Source: Glaucostegus cemiculus (Eukaryota). From it: a stretch of DNA of 64,000 nucleotides. The notes beneath the pieces were generated by a model that saw nothing but the letters and a program-made list of their open reading frames with translations, did no database searches and was not told where the DNA came from. The stretch is taken from positions 13,640,001-13,704,000 of the forward strand of contig CDPCPM010000281.1 in NCBI GenBank assembly GCA_976551045.1, read 5' to 3'. The position numbers and the translations under genes are program-made. Shown one piece after another: positions 50,041-62,719 of the stretch (position 1 is the stretch's first letter; the number at the start of each line of letters is the position of its first letter).

Positions 50041-52303
50041 CACAAGGTCACAAGATCACAAGACAAGGGAGCAGAAGTAGGCCATTCAGCCCTTTGAGTC
50101 TGCTCCATGAGAAAAAAAAAGATAACATATCTATCCCCAATTTCCAGCCTTATCCCCATATCCCTTGATACCTTGATTAATTAGGTACCTATCCAACTCC
50201 CCTTTAAATGCCCCCACTGACTGAGCCTCTACAGCTGTATGTGGCAGAGAATTCCACAACTCCACCACCCTCTGACTAAAGTAATTTCTCCTCATCTCTG
50301 TTTTAAACTGGTTCCCTCTGATTCTAAGTCTGTGCCCTCTAGTCTTGGACTCACCCACCAAGGGAAACAGCCTTTCCACATCCACTCTATACATTCCCTT
50401 CAACATTCTAAATACTTCTATGAGGTCCCCCCTCATTCTTCTGTACTCCAACGAGTACAGTCCAAGAGCCAATAAACGCTCATCATAGGTAAGCCCTTTC
50501 ATACCAGGAATCATCCTTGTAAACCTCCTCTGGACCCTCTCCAACATCAGCACATCCCTTCTAAGGTGTGGGGCCCAAAACTGCACACAGTATTCCAAAT
50601 GAGGACGTACCAGTGCTCCATAGAGTCTCATCATCACTTCCCTACTTCTATACACTATACCTCGCGAAATGAATGCCAACATAGCATTCGCTTTCTTTAT
50701 CACTGATCCAACCTGGTGGTTGACTTTTAGGGTGTCCTGCACGAGTACCCCCAAGTCCCTTTGTACTTCCGTACTTCCAATTTTCTCCCCATCTAGATAA
50801 TAATCTGCCCGTTCATTTCTTTTGCCAAAGTGTACTACAGCACATTTGTCAACATTGAATTTCACCTGCCATTTCTTTGCCCATTCACTTAACCTATCCA
50901 AGTCTCTCTGCAGCCTTCCTGCCTCTTCTATACTCCCTGCTCCACCGCCAATCTTGGTGTCATCCGCAAACTTAGCTACAAAACCATTTACTCCATCATC
51001 CAAATCATTAATATATAAAGTGAAAAGTAGCGGGCCCAACACCGACCCTTGCGGGACACCACTAGTAACTGGTCGCCATCCAGAACAGGATCCCTTTATT
51101 CCTACCCGTTGCTTTCTGCCTACCAGCCAATGCTCGACCCATTTTAATATCCTTCCTGTAATTCCATGCGTACTCATCTTATTAATCAACCTCTGATGCG
51201 GCACCTTGTCGAAGGCCTTTTGAAAGTCTAAATACACAACGTCCACTGCCTCTCCCTTATCCACCCTACCTGTGATTTCCTCAAAAAACTCCAATAGGTT
51301 GGTCAGGCAAGATCTTCCCTTTATGAAACCATGCTGGCTTGGACCTATCCTGTCTTGAAACACCAGGTATTCCGTAACCTCATCCTTGAGGATCGATTCC
51401 AGTATCTTTCCCACTACTGATGTCAAACTAATTGGTCTGTAATTACCTTTATGCTGCCTCCCACCTTTCTTATACAGTGGAACTACGTTCACTACTCTCC
51501 AGTCCTCCGGAACCATGCCGGAGTCCATTGACTCTTGGAAAATAATCACTAATGCCTCTACAATCTCTAAAGCCACCTCCTTCAGAAACCGAGGGTGCAC
51601 CTCATCCGGTCCGGGTGACTTATCTGTCTTTAATCCACTTAGCTTCCTTAGCACCTTCTCCCTAGTAATCTCAACTGTACTCAGTTCAATCCCCTGGAAC
51701 CCTTGTCTATCTGGTATATTGCTGGTATCTTCCACAGTGAAGACCAATGCAAAATACTTATTTAGTTCCTCTGCCATCTCTGTATCTTCTATTATAATCT
51801 CTCCCACACCATTTTCAATTGGTCCTATATCAACCCTTGTCTCTCTTTTACACCTCATATATTTAAAAAAACTTTTAGTATCTGTTTGAATGTTATCTGC
51901 CGATTTCCTTTTGTAATTCATCTTTTCTTTCCTAATGACCTTCTTAGCTGCTTTCTGCAGGTTTTTAAATGTTTCCCAATCCTCAATTTCCCCACTTATT
52001 TTTGCTACCTTGTAGGCCCTCCCTTTTGCTCTTATCTTAGCCTTGACCTCTCTCGTTACCCACATATGTGCCTTTTTTCCATTCAGAACTTTCTTTTCTC
52101 TCGGAACATACCTATCCTGCACCTTCCTTATTTCTTGTAAAAACTTTATCCATTTCTGCTCCACCGTCCCACCTGCTAGCTTACTCTTCCAATCGATTTG
52201 AGACAGTTCCTCTCTCATACTGCTGTAGTTTCCCTTGTTCCATTGCCATATATGTGCACCAGTTATGAGCCTCTCCTTTTCAAATTTGACTCCAAACTCA
52301 ATC
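50041..52303 (-). mobile_element. Young 5'-truncated CR1 LINE with probable 8-bp TSD (aatcagtt)
   Basis: Uninterrupted ORF2; (tcttgtga)-like 3' microsatellite; aatcagtt at both 50033-50040 and 52300-52307. Confidence 0.95.
50131..52218 (-). CDS. CR1 ORF2 reverse transcriptase (695 aa, lacks the N-terminal endonuclease)
   Basis: KSPGPD, NYRPISLTS, QHGF, LDFQKAFDKVPH, GVPQGSVLGP, FADD and RPHLEYC motifs; the frame stays open upstream to the truncation point. Confidence 0.95.
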   Translation of the reverse strand: MREELSQIDWKSKLAGGTVEQKWIKFLQEIRKVQDRYVPREKKVLNGKKAHMWVTREVKAKIRAKGRAYKVAKISGEIEDWETFKNLQKAAKKVIRKEKMNYKRKSADNIQTDTKSFFKYMRCKRETRVDIGPIENGVGEIIIEDTEMAEELNKYFALVFTVEDTSNIPDRQGFQGIELSTVEITREKVLRKLSGLKTDKSPGPDEVHPRFLKEVALEIVEALVIIFQESMDSGMVPEDWRVVNVVPLYKKGGRQHKGNYRPISLTSVVGKILESILKDEVTEYLVFQDRIGPSQHGFIKGRSCLTNLLEFFEEITGRVDKGEAVDVVYLDFQKAFDKVPHQRLINKMSTHGITGRILKWVEHWLVGRKQRVGIKGSCSGWRPVTSGVPQGSVLGPLLFTLYINDLDDGVNGFVAKFADDTKIGGGAGSIEEAGRLQRDLDRLSEWAKKWQVKFNVDKCAVVHFGKRNERADYYLDGEKIGSTEVQRDLGVLVQDTLKVNHQVGSVIKKANAMLAFISRGIVYRSREVMMRLYGALVRPHLEYCVQFWAPHLRRDVLMLERVQRRFTRMIPGMKGLTYDERLLALGLYSLEYRRMRGDLIEVFRMLKGMYRVDVERLFPLVGESKTRGHRLRIRGNQFKTEMRRNYFSQRVVELWNSLPHTAVEAQSVGAFKGELDRYLINQGIKGYGDKAGNWG

Positions 52304-52371
52304 AGTTACACCAGTAGAATTTCCTGGAATTTTATTGGTCATGGCTGGAAGACTGCAAACCTGTGACTCAC

Positions 52372-52475
52372 ACTGGTGAGGCTTAGCTGTTTGTTTGAGC
52401 ATCTATTGGAGTGCAGCTCTGAGTCCAGAGGTATCTGTGGTTCCAGTGAGCTGTGAGTTTGTATTGTACAGAGGC
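52372..52475 (-). pseudogene. Exon remnant (G)LCTIQTHSSLEPQIPLDSELHSNRCSNKQLSLTS
   Basis: gattttcaaag acceptor and gtgagt donor, 104 nt, split Gly start; GLC...LTS matches repeat spacing. Sits between two LINE insertions. Confidence 0.5.
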
Positions 52476-52599
52476 CTTTGAAAATCAAGGATCACAGCCT
52501 GATACAGGTAGCCAAGCCATGAAGCAACATTGCAAATAATGGAGTAAACGAGGCACTTTATGTATTCATCCATCTTCGCAGTCAACTTTGCTAATATGG

Positions 52600-53936
52600 T
52601 TAGTTGATGACTACTGGCCAGTGGCTCTGACATCCACCATCATGAAGTGGCAAAACAGGTCTACAGCAGATGCCATCTCCCTGGCCCTACACTCAGTTCT
52701 GGAGCATCTGGACAAGAAAGACACGTATGTTAGACTATTGTTTATTGACTACAGCTCTGCCTTCAATATGATAATTCCAAGCAAGCTTGTCACCAAACTC
52801 CAAGACCTAGGATTCAGCTCTTCCCTCTGCCACTGGATTCTTGACTTTCTAACAAACAGACCGCAATCAGTGAGGATAGGCAGCAATACCTCCGGCATAA
52901 TTATTCTCAACACTGGTGCCCGACAAGGCTGTGTCCTCAGCCCTCTACTCTACTCCCTATACACTCACAGCTGTATGGCCAGATTCTGCTCCAACTCCAT
53001 CTACAAGTTTGCAGATGATACCACTGTTGTGGACCGTATCTCTAACAGTGATGAGTCAGAGTACAGGAAGGAGATAGAGAACTTAGTGGAATGGTGTCAT
53101 GACAACAACCTTTCCCTCAATGTCAACAAAACAAAAGAGTTGGTCATTGACTTCAGGAAAGGGGGCAGTGTACATGCACTTGTCTACATCAATGGTGCTG
53201 AGGTTGAGAGGGTGGAGCGCTTCAAGTTCCTAGGTGTGAACATCACCAACAGCCTGTCCTGGTCTAACCACATAGATGCCACAGCCAAGAAAACTCAACA
53301 GCACCTCTACTTCCTCAAGAGGCTGAAAAAATTTGGTATGTCCCCTTCGACTCTCCCAGCTTTTACTGACGCGCCATAGAAAGCATCCTATCTGGTAGTA
53401 TCATGGCTTGGTATGGCAACTGCTCTGTCCAGGACTGCAAGAAGCTGCAGAGAGTTGTGGACACAGCCCAGCACATCACGGACACCAGCCTCCCCTCCTT
53501 GGACTCTGTCTTTACCTCTCGTTGTCTTGGTGTAGCGGCCAGCATAATCAAAGACCCCACTCACCCGGGATATTCTCTCTTCTCTCCTCTTCCATCAGGT
53601 AGAAGATACAGGAGCCTGAGGGCACATGCCACCAGACTTAAAGACAGCTTCTTCCCCACTGTGATAAGACTATTGAACGGTTCCCTTATACAATGAGATG
53701 GTCTGTGACCTCACGTTCTACCTTGTGCGACCTTGCACCTTATTGCACTGCACTTTCTCTGTAGCTGTGACACTTTATTCTGTACTGTTACTGTTTTTAC
53801 TGTACTACTTCAATGCACTTTGTACTAACTATGTAACTGCACTGTGTAATGAATTGACCTGTACGATCGGTTTGTAAGACAAGCTTTTCACTGTACCTTG
53901 GTACAAGTGACAATAATAAACCAATACTAATACCAA
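52600..53936 (+). mobile_element. Rex1/Babar LINE, 5'-truncated, one frameshift and one internal deletion
   Basis: [38 protein letters not shown] and KFADDT motifs; ORFs 52588-53379 and 53403-53696; caatac-type tail. Confidence 0.93.
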
Positions 53937-54891
53937 GTAAAGTGACAGAGTCTGCATCATGACCTGAGAAAAGCTTAAACACTCCAGAATATTTCTCCTA
54001 AAGCATCACTTACAGTGATGTTATAAAAATATGGGAAAAAACACAATCAAAAAGACCAGAAAAACCCTTTCAGTCTCCTCTCTTTTTCCTGTCAGCCAGC
54101 CAGTCTTCCACATCCCAAAGCACATCACTTCTGAAGTGTATTCACCGCTATACTGTAGGAAATGGGAATTTTGTAAATACGTAATTAACATGCAATAAGC
54201 AACATAATAATGATTTTAAAAAATTGTATGTCCGTTGAGAATAGAGTTTGCCCAAGAAAGTAGGAAGAACTTTACTCTCTGAATCGGTGCCACAGGAATG
54301 TTTACATCTGCCTCAGAGGAAAGACGGGCCCTTGCTTTTGATACCTCATCCAAAAAAATGACAGGGCAACTACTTCAACACCGGCTTATTCACCAGGGTC
54401 TATGGAGTGGGCTTCCAGCAGCAACGGGTCAATTGTTGAGCTGCAGCTGACGCACATCGACTTCTTGTCCTCAGAATTCCTGGTGAACTTTCGCTGTCAG
54501 GAAAGGATCTTCCAAAACTCTTTCCCACCAACTCTTCTCTTTTAATTACAAGAGTTTACATGAGTGGTGGAGAGATTGAGTGGAAGGTGTGTGGGGACTG
54601 CGTTTTGTCCATAGTTGGTTCTTTCCTAACACTCGCCATCTATAAATATGATGAAGCCTTCCTTGGAAAAGCACGACATAGCGCTATGACCCATCAAGAG
54701 GGTAACATCTTTAATTAAAATTAAGGAACAGTGATAGGCAGGTTAGAATGGGGATTGGCAAGCACACATGGATTTAAACACCTGCCAGTTTTCCTTGGAT
54801 TCAAATTCATCGCAACATAAATTATTGTTTTGGACATTTTCCCCTGGGGCTCCCACCAGCCCAGCAGCAGACAGCTCCTGAACTTACTCAC

Positions 54892-55110
54892 AGTTGCAGT
54901 GCCCTAGAATGTCTCACGGTTTGCTTTGTGATCAAGAGCCTTGACAGAAAGATCAGGCATCGAAGAGGTCAGAGTAGTGGAACAAATCAGGAGCGCACTC
55001 TGCACTAATTGCTCTCGACATACAACATGCCAGAATGTCCATAAGTAGTCAACTGGGGGAAAAGGAGTCACATGAAGAGCTTTTCTCTTGGCAGAAATAC
55101 ATAGACATCC
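54892..55110 (-). pseudogene. Exon remnant, Cys-repeat region
   Basis: AT-rich acceptor ...ataaag, (G)MSMYFCQEKSSSCDSFSPS* then ECAPDLF; strong donor gtgagtaagt. Confidence 0.45.
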
Positions 55111-55899
55111 CTTTATATGTACAAAATAAAAGTTGTCTTCAGCAACCTATATTCAGTTTTAACTCAACATCTGGAAAGCACTAAAGGGTGGAACATGTGA
55201 AGAATTCCTGCAGCATCACCGTTTCACGTTGGGGAACACCGAGGGCCTCAAGAAAGTCGAGAGAGGGGCCATCAAAAATGGTCAGATCTAAGGGCTTTTG
55301 ATTCAGGGAACTGAATTACCTTTTACCAGCAAGATGAACACTTGTGACCATTTGTGGGATTGTGTTATGAACTAGCTGAAGGCATGAGAGGATTGGAGGG
55401 CTTTTGTACAAAATCAGCAAAAATATACTTTAAAGAACAAGTAATTAAGCTTTGCACAGTCAACTTCCTCTATAATGGATTCCCATAAGACTTCTGAGTA
55501 ATAGGTTTGTCATTGGCTTTCAAAAGGAAGTTAGACAAGGTGCAAGGGTTAGAGGGTGTGGCTAACACGGTCCTGTTTTCGGTACGACAGTCACCTGAAG
55601 TTTCATGTCTTTGAGAGTCAAAGGGAGGATATTCTAGAATTCTTACCGATTACTTCTTCTCTTAATTGTATGTGTGGTGGTATAGACTATGAGCTGAGGG
55701 TGTATGGAGACTGCATTTGGTCTATAATGGTTCCTTCCTAGCACTTCCTATATAGACATACTGGCAAGTGATCGTCCCCTTGAGGGATAATAAATAAAGA
55801 ATGGCTATTATTGTGACATTAAACCTAATGAAATGTGAAGAGCAGCTTCAAGATGGATGCACAGGATATGTAACTATACTACCTTTACATCTTCACCTT

Positions 55900-56112
55900 G
55901 ACTCCTTGCTACCCTAGTATGCGTTCTCCCCTTGGCACACCTATCCATGCCTCATCCCCTGAAAGTGTCAAGGCCTTGCAGGATTAGCACTATGTGGGTC
56001 ATTGGAAGTCTTCCAGCACTTCACCTAAAAGGACTACTGATTTTGGGAAGGCTGAGAAAGAAGACCTCCAAATGTATCCTCAGTGCAGTACACGTTCTCA
56101 CCAGGTTTCTGG
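55900..56112 (-). pseudogene. Exon remnant, Cys-repeat region
   Basis: KPGENVYCTE and DRCAKG motifs on the minus strand, interrupted by stops. Confidence 0.4.
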
Positions 56113-57169
56113 GAAAGTTCGGCTCTCCAAACAGGAGACATCACAACTAAATGTATTGACCTCACTCTTCAACAGATTACCATTCCCTCTGGTACTGTAG
56201 CCAATTATTATCTCTCAATTATCACCACTAAAACAGATTGCCTACTTGTAGGATCTTGCTGAGCACAAATTAACCACCTACACATTTACATTAGAACAAT
56301 AACCACATTTCACTTTTACTGGGCTGCAGAACACTTGGGAAAGTCTTGAGGTTATGAAAGGCCCTATATAAATACAATCCTTTCTTTTTTTCTGTCCCAG
56401 CTGTAATCAGTTAACCCAGCACATTCCTATGACCAAGTCCTTCCTGGTATAGCATTACTCTGTTACTCTCTAGATAAACTTTCTGAGCCACTTTGGGAGC
56501 TTTATGCTTGAATGGTCTCTAGTCGGCCCAATTTTGATCCTAATCCTTCTTAATCTGTGTGCTCTGTTCCTCATTATTTGTCTTAGGTCCTGCTTTGCCA
56601 AGATATTGAGATGGAGAATGTTGCTGGGTTCAAAAGCAACAAGATGTGATTGAATGGAATGGGGGACATTGGGGTAGAAGGAAGACAGAGACATTAAGAT
56701 CAAACAAAATAAATAGAGCTTCTTTGAACCTAATATACCGTCCTTTCTTTCTGAAAGTAAAAAGAAACAAAGTTTTCAGATATCTGAAAACAGAAGGTAA
56801 GATTTGTTCCGTTAAACAGATTCATTCCAGAACAAAAATATTGGGTTGTAGCCCAGGACACCAAAGACTGTTCTTTGTTACATGAACATTGCTCTATTGG
56901 TCTTGGATACTGGGTCTCCATCTACAGGACAATAAGGTGTATTTCTTCAATCAACTGGGAGACTTCAGCCAACAAGCACCTGGCAACTTATTTCAGTTCT
57001 CTTTAAAACAAACAGTATAAATGGTTCCCCTGTCACTTAGTTAATTGATGATCCTCAGACTAACTATATCTCCAGAGAAAGAACATTATTAACCGAAAAG
57101 AAAGTTTCTAAGGCAGGCACGCTACCAGTGTAATTATGATCACATCCTCTTCTGTGCAAATATGTTTTG

Positions 57170-57580
57170 GCAGACGTAAAGCAGTGTTTCACCGGGAAAT
57201 GCACCGAGTGCCAGCTTCATGCCTGTCTCTGTGAACATCTGCATGTTGCATGTTACAGGCCAGTGAAAACCCCAAGCTCGGTCCTGGTGGCAGTGTCCAC
57301 CATCAGCCACACTCCGAGCCCCCCAGCCAGGAAGCCACAGCTACCCAGGCACCACAGGCTTCTGCCGCACCACCCAGCAGTACTTCTGCTGCAAGGTATG
57401 ACCTGGAACATCCAGTGAGAAGGTTTGTTGGCTGAAATTTCTTCCTTGGCCCTAATTAACAACGTAAAGCAGTCTTGAGCCAGAATCGCCACCAGCAACA
57501 GGCACTCATCAGTGCGGAGGAGAAAACACTTGGCAGTGCTGCCTTGGAACTGCAGCATGTTGTAGGCAGGACAAGAGCAC
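57170..57580 (-). pseudogene. Exon remnant(s), Cys-repeat region
   Basis: GC-richer unique DNA giving CPAYN..GST, PGHT, EACGA and DGGHC fragments in shifting frames. Confidence 0.35.
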
Positions 57581-57595
57581 AAACTGAAGTGAGAC

Positions 57596-57930
57596 ACACA
57601 GGACAGTAACACATGATGGAGTGGATTACAGGACAGTAACACAGGCTGAAGTGACACAAGCGGTGTAATAAATCAGGATGGTGCGTTATACAAAAGTTAT
57701 GCAGGCTAGAGGGGGGATATATAGGAAGGGAAATACAGGCTGGAGCAGGACTTACAGGGTAAGAGGGACACACAAAGTAACACGGGCTGGGTTGTGCTGG
57801 GCAGAGGATATTAATACAGGCTGGAGTGGGACACGCAGTAAAGGGAAGCAGGGTGAAGTGTGTTACCTACAGGACAGTATCAGTGGGACACTTACTACAC
57901 AGCATAGTAATGTGGGCTACAATGGGGTGC
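57596..57930 (+). repeat. Degenerate minisatellite (ggacagtaacacaggctgg-like units)
   Basis: caggacagtaacac twice, aatacaggctggag twice and further variants. Confidence 0.55.
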
Positions 57931-58367
57931 ACAGGAAAGTGAAATCAGCCTAGCATGCATTCAACTCAGTATGACATACAGTTTGCAGGATTCCAACTGC
58001 AGCAAAGATAATTTTAACGCAGGAAATATGCAACAACATCTATGCAAGTAAATACACCACAGTAACTGACTTCCCACATACCAACACAAAAATAGCCATG
58101 TGATTTACGTTCAGGCAAGCTTGACTTTGAATATTTTGACACTGGAATGGAGTGTGCCGTGTAATGTTCTGAATGAAGTTTATTTTTATCATTTATATCC
58201 TTCCCAAAACTTTCAAAAAACATTCAGTGCTCACTATCAGATAAAAGAATCACTGCTATCTGTATCTGCTGGTGTTCAACAGCACAGTCATATGCTTTGA
58301 GAAAGGCACGTTTTTGAAAACAAGGGCTGTTAGATCAAAGCAATGCCTTCAGGCAGGCACACTTCAC

Positions 58368-58411
58368 CTCGCACATTGTCTCACCCTTGTTTCGCTTGGC
58401 TCTGAACTTGC
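58368..58411 (-). pseudogene. Short exon remnant (G)KFRAKRNKGETMCE
   Basis: ttgtttag acceptor and gtgaag donor; starts on a split Gly codon; resembles the G-F...G-T-C half-repeat. Confidence 0.35.
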
Positions 58412-59006
58412 CTAAACAATCCGAGGAAGCACGTTTCTGCAGTCTCAGAGTCTTTCTTACACCTCACTTTCCATTTAACCCTGGATAATATTAAAGCATT
58501 CAGTTCACATTTATGGAAGGCCTTCCATCCTTCTGAACTGTGGTTTCAGTTGCACAAAATACAACTTCAAAGGGACTCAGAAGATGAACTAAAAGCCCTA
58601 AAAAACTCTAAGGAATCCACACAATATAACAAATGCTCCTTATGCCTTTTGTCCAATGTTTACATCACTCATTCTTTTGCATTGATCTTCTAGTCACACC
58701 TCATCCACTTCAATATTTTATCCCCTGGTTATATTGCATCCTCCCCTGATCACATTAAACACAACTTATGTACCTCATCCTCCTGACGTGCCATTTGCTC
58801 CTCATATTTCATCCCCTCGTTATATGGGATGCACCAGATCTGATATTTTCAGGACATATCACAACCTCTTCATATTTCATTCTTTGATTATAACACATGC
58901 ACCTAATACATTTTATCTCCTGGTCATGTCACATGACCTCTTATTTCATCCACTGGTTATCTAACACACTGTTCACGTATTCATCCCAGGGTTCCATCAC
59001 ATTTTT

Positions 59007-59827
59007 CAGAATCAGAATCAGAATCGTGTTTATTATCACTGACGTAAGTCGTGAAATTTGTTGTTTTGCAGCAGCATTGCAGTGCAAGACATAAAAATTA
59101 CTGTAAGTTACAAAATAAATAAATAGTGCAAGAGAGGAATAATGAGGTAGAGTCCATGGGTTCATAGACCATTCAGAAATTTGATGGTGGAGGGGAAGAA
59201 GCTGTTCCTAAATCATTGAGTGTGGCTCTTCAGGCTCCTGTACCCCCTTCCCACTGGTAGTAACGAGAAGAGGACATGTCCCGGGTGGTGAGGGTCCTGA
59301 GTGATGGATGCTGCCTTCTTGAGGCACCACCTCTTGAAGATGTCCTCGGTGGTGGGGAGGCTTGTGCCCGTGATGGAGCTGGCTGAGTCTATAACCCTCT
59401 GCAGCCTCTTTCAATCCTGTGCATTGGCGCCTCGATACCAGGCAGTGATGCAACCAGTCAGAATGCTCTCCAATCTACTTCTGTAGACATTTGCAAGAGT
59501 CTTTGGTGACATACCAAATCTCCTCAAACTTCTAATGAAGTAGAGTTGCTGGCATGCCTTCTTTGTGATTGCATCAATATGTTAGGCCTGAGATAGATCC
59601 TTTGAGATGTTAATGGTCAGGAACTTGAAGCTGCTCCTCCACCGTTCTACCGATGATCCCTCACTGAGGGCTGGTGTGTGTTCTCCCAACTTCCACCTCC
59701 TGAAGTCCACAATCATTTCCTTGGTCTTGCTGATGTTGAGTGCAAGGCTGTTGTGACACCACTCAACCAGCCGATCTATCTCACTCCTGTACGCCTCTTC
59801 GTCACCACCTGAGATTCTGCCAACAAC
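59007..59827 (-). mobile_element. Rex1/Babar 3' fragment
   Basis: (cagaat)n tail and reverse complement of the same ORF end as 40665-41230. Confidence 0.92.
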
Positions 59828-60884
59828 TCTTTCTCTGCTTAGATCATAACATCCCTCTTTATTTTACCTTCTACATACATCACTCTCAACATACGTGCTT
59901 CATTTCTTGGTCATATCAGGCACTCTGTATATTTCATCCCCTGGTACCACCGCACACTGCATGTCTGTTACATCACCTGGCTTCATCACACCTTCCTGGT
60001 AAAGGTGTCCTCTTGTTCCATCACACTCTATCCTCTGGTCACCTCACACACTCCTCAAGTATTTCATTACCTAATGAAATCAGACGCACCTTGTCAATTT
60101 CATCCTTGGGTTATATTACGTGCACATCATATTATCTCATACCCTGGACAAAGCATGCACTCCTTATTTATTTAATTTTCTGAATATCTTAAACACTTAG
60201 GTCATTACTGGATATGACACATGCATCTCAGGTGTTTCATTTCACCATCATATCTCATGTTCCTTAAGGTTTTTATCATCTGGCAATATCAGAAGTGCCT
60301 CATGTAGTTCCTGTCCTGGGTATATTGCAGGCACATTGTGCTATTCATCTCATGGTAACACCACAGTGCTTAGGTGCTTCATTCCCTGTTATATCTCACT
60401 GCCCTCATTCATTTCATTTTCTGGTTGCATCACAAACTCCTCATGCATTTCATTGTTCAGAGATACCACATGCACATCATGCCATCCCCTTGCTACAGCA
60501 CACACTCTTCATGAAACTTACAGCTGGACATAATTCACAACTCACACCTGTGGCTACATCTTGTATGGCTTATCCTTTGGGTACATCGCATGCACCTTGT
60601 GCATTCCATCCACTGGTATGTCACACGGAGCTCACATATTTCATTCCTTAGTTATATCACATGCTCCTCAAATGTTTCAGTCACTGGTCCTATCATAGAA
60701 ATGCACAAATCTCACCTATTTCACTCCCATATATATTCTTCAGACATTTCACTCTCTGGTTATGTCACAGGTTTTTCCAATATATCAGGCACTGGTACGT
60801 CAGACCGACCTCACGTTTCCCATCACCTGGTTATTTCATGCACACATGTTGCATTTCATCCTCTGGCCATAAAACATGCAGCTG

Positions 60885-61855
60885 AATTCATTGGGCATCA
60901 AAGGGAAAACATTAGTGGTGGAGTCATACCTTACACACAGGAAATGGTTGTAGTTGGAGATACATCATCCCTGCCTCAGGACATCACTACAGGAGTTCCT
61001 CAGGACAGTGTCTGAGGCACAACCATCTTCAGCTGCTTCATCGATTACTTTTCTTCCATCATAAGGGTGTTGAATTATGATTGCACAATGTTCAATCCTA
61101 TTTCCAACTCCTCAGTAAAAGAAGTAGCCCATAGAGTGAGACCTAGATATCATTCAGGCTGGTAAGTGGCAAGTAGTTTTGCACCAGGTAAAGGCTATCT
61201 CCATCTACTTCTCATTACCACCACAGGACCCTGACAATCAATGTTCCAGGGGTGGTCACCATTGACCAGAAACTCCAGCTGGAACAGCCACATAAGTACA
61301 ATGGCAAGAAGATCAGGTCAGAGGCTGAGTATCTTCTAACGAGTGACTCACCTCCTAAAACCCTCAGGGCTTTTCCACCATCTATAAGGTACAAGTTAAT
61401 GTGTGATGGACGCTCCACTTGCTTGGGTGAGTGGAGTACCAGCAAACCTTCCAGACCAACCCACCCAAACCTTCATTCTCTCTGCCAGCAGCATACAGTG
61501 GCTGCGGTGTGCATTGCATGCAGTTACTCAGCCAGGGTTCCCTGACAGCAGTTCCCAAATCTGTGACCAAATCTGTGACCTTGAACACTAAGAACAACGA
61601 GAAAAACAGATGTATGGGGGCGATGTTATCTGCAGGTTTCTGTCCAGGTCACACACCCATTCTGACTTGGGAAGTATATTGCTAGTCCTTCAGTCACTGG
61701 GTCTAAATCCTGGCACTCCCTACCTAACAATACTGAGAGTACCAGTAGTAATGCACGGTTCAACAAGGTTGCTCTGTACCAACAACTCAATGGCAATTAG
61801 GGAAAAGCAGTAAATGCTGGCCTTGCCATTGATGGCCAGATCTCAAAAATGAATA
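60885..61855 (+). mobile_element. Old CR1/L2-group LINE 3' portion
   Basis: QDITTGVPQDSV motif and taaatgctggccttgcca tail. Confidence 0.8.
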
Positions 61856-62518
61856 ATAAGTGTTCATATATTTAACCCCTCGGCCATATCATGCACCTTA
61901 TGCACTGAGTACCCTGCTTCTATCACACAATTCCAGTGTAATTCCAGCCATCTTATATCACATGCGCCTTAGATATTTGAGGCCTTGGTTATTTCACATC
62001 TTCCAATGTATTTTATGCCCTGATTATCAGATACTCCAAATGTTTTTCATTCTATGGTTATAACACACAGCTGTCATGGATATGATCCTCTGGTTATATT
62101 GGATGCTCCTCATTCAACCTTCTTTAGCTGAGGAATAAACACCATGAGACAATGGCTGAGGACAGAATCTGTCAAAAGACTTGGTAAATTGCTTTGTAGA
62201 CAGTAGCAGATATACTGCTTAGATCTATAATGATTATAATCTCAATTATCACTCCTTGGGGGATAAATATAGTGCACTGGCTGAGACAAACTGGAACATA
62301 TAAACTGCAGCTGGTACAAACTTCATTGAAGAACCACCTTTGTTGGTATTTGAGGCTCACCAGCCATTTCATTTTAAACAACTTTCATCTGATGACCTAA
62401 GTTTAATGCAATAGATGCTTTCAAAATAACTGAGGAAGGGAAATATAAATATGTACTTCTTGAACTTAGAATGAGGTGTTAATTAAAATCTTTCTCAGAA
62501 AGAGCCTGCACAGATTAC

Positions 62519-62719
62519 CCATGAATGGTGTGCTTCGCACATCATTGCCCTCTGGAGAGTTGATGCACACATTCCAGCTAAGACTTTCAAATTGGCTGTA
62601 GATCTGGCCTGGAATTACACTTGTAATTACACGTGGCTGTTCTCTCAGAAGGTGATTCAGTTGGTTGTTGCCGGTATTGTACGATCTCTTGGGAAGCTGG
62701 CTGCGATTTTCATTAGATG
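62519..62719 (-). pseudogene. Exon remnant, Cys-repeat region
   Basis: Minus-strand frame ...SVIPGQIYSQFESLSWNVCINSPEGNDVRSTPFM ends at a phase-1 donor G|gtaatc; resembles a C-PG-YS...C-x2-CPEG repeat with Cys losses. Acceptor is weak. Confidence 0.45.

Larger units (their letters stand above)
58630..62110 (+). repeat. Ancient degenerate ~35-bp tandem array (approx. atttcatcccctggttatatcacacatgc.cctcat) in three blocks: ~58630-59000, ~59830-60880 and ~61860-62110
   Basis: Recurrent tttcatcc(c/a)ctggt(t/c)at cores at roughly 33-36 bp spacing, split by two LINE insertions. Confidence 0.7.

Noticed and set aside
50239-52268. Several plus-strand ORFs of 66-124 aa
   Set aside because: Antisense shadows of the CR1 RT ORF.
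59740-61015. His-rich ORFs of 118-147 aa
   Set aside because: Translations of the degenerate ~35-bp tandem array and LINE junctions.
58630-62110. CRISPR-like repeat-spacer array
   Set aside because: Vertebrate context, contiguous degenerate units without unique spacers and no cas genes.
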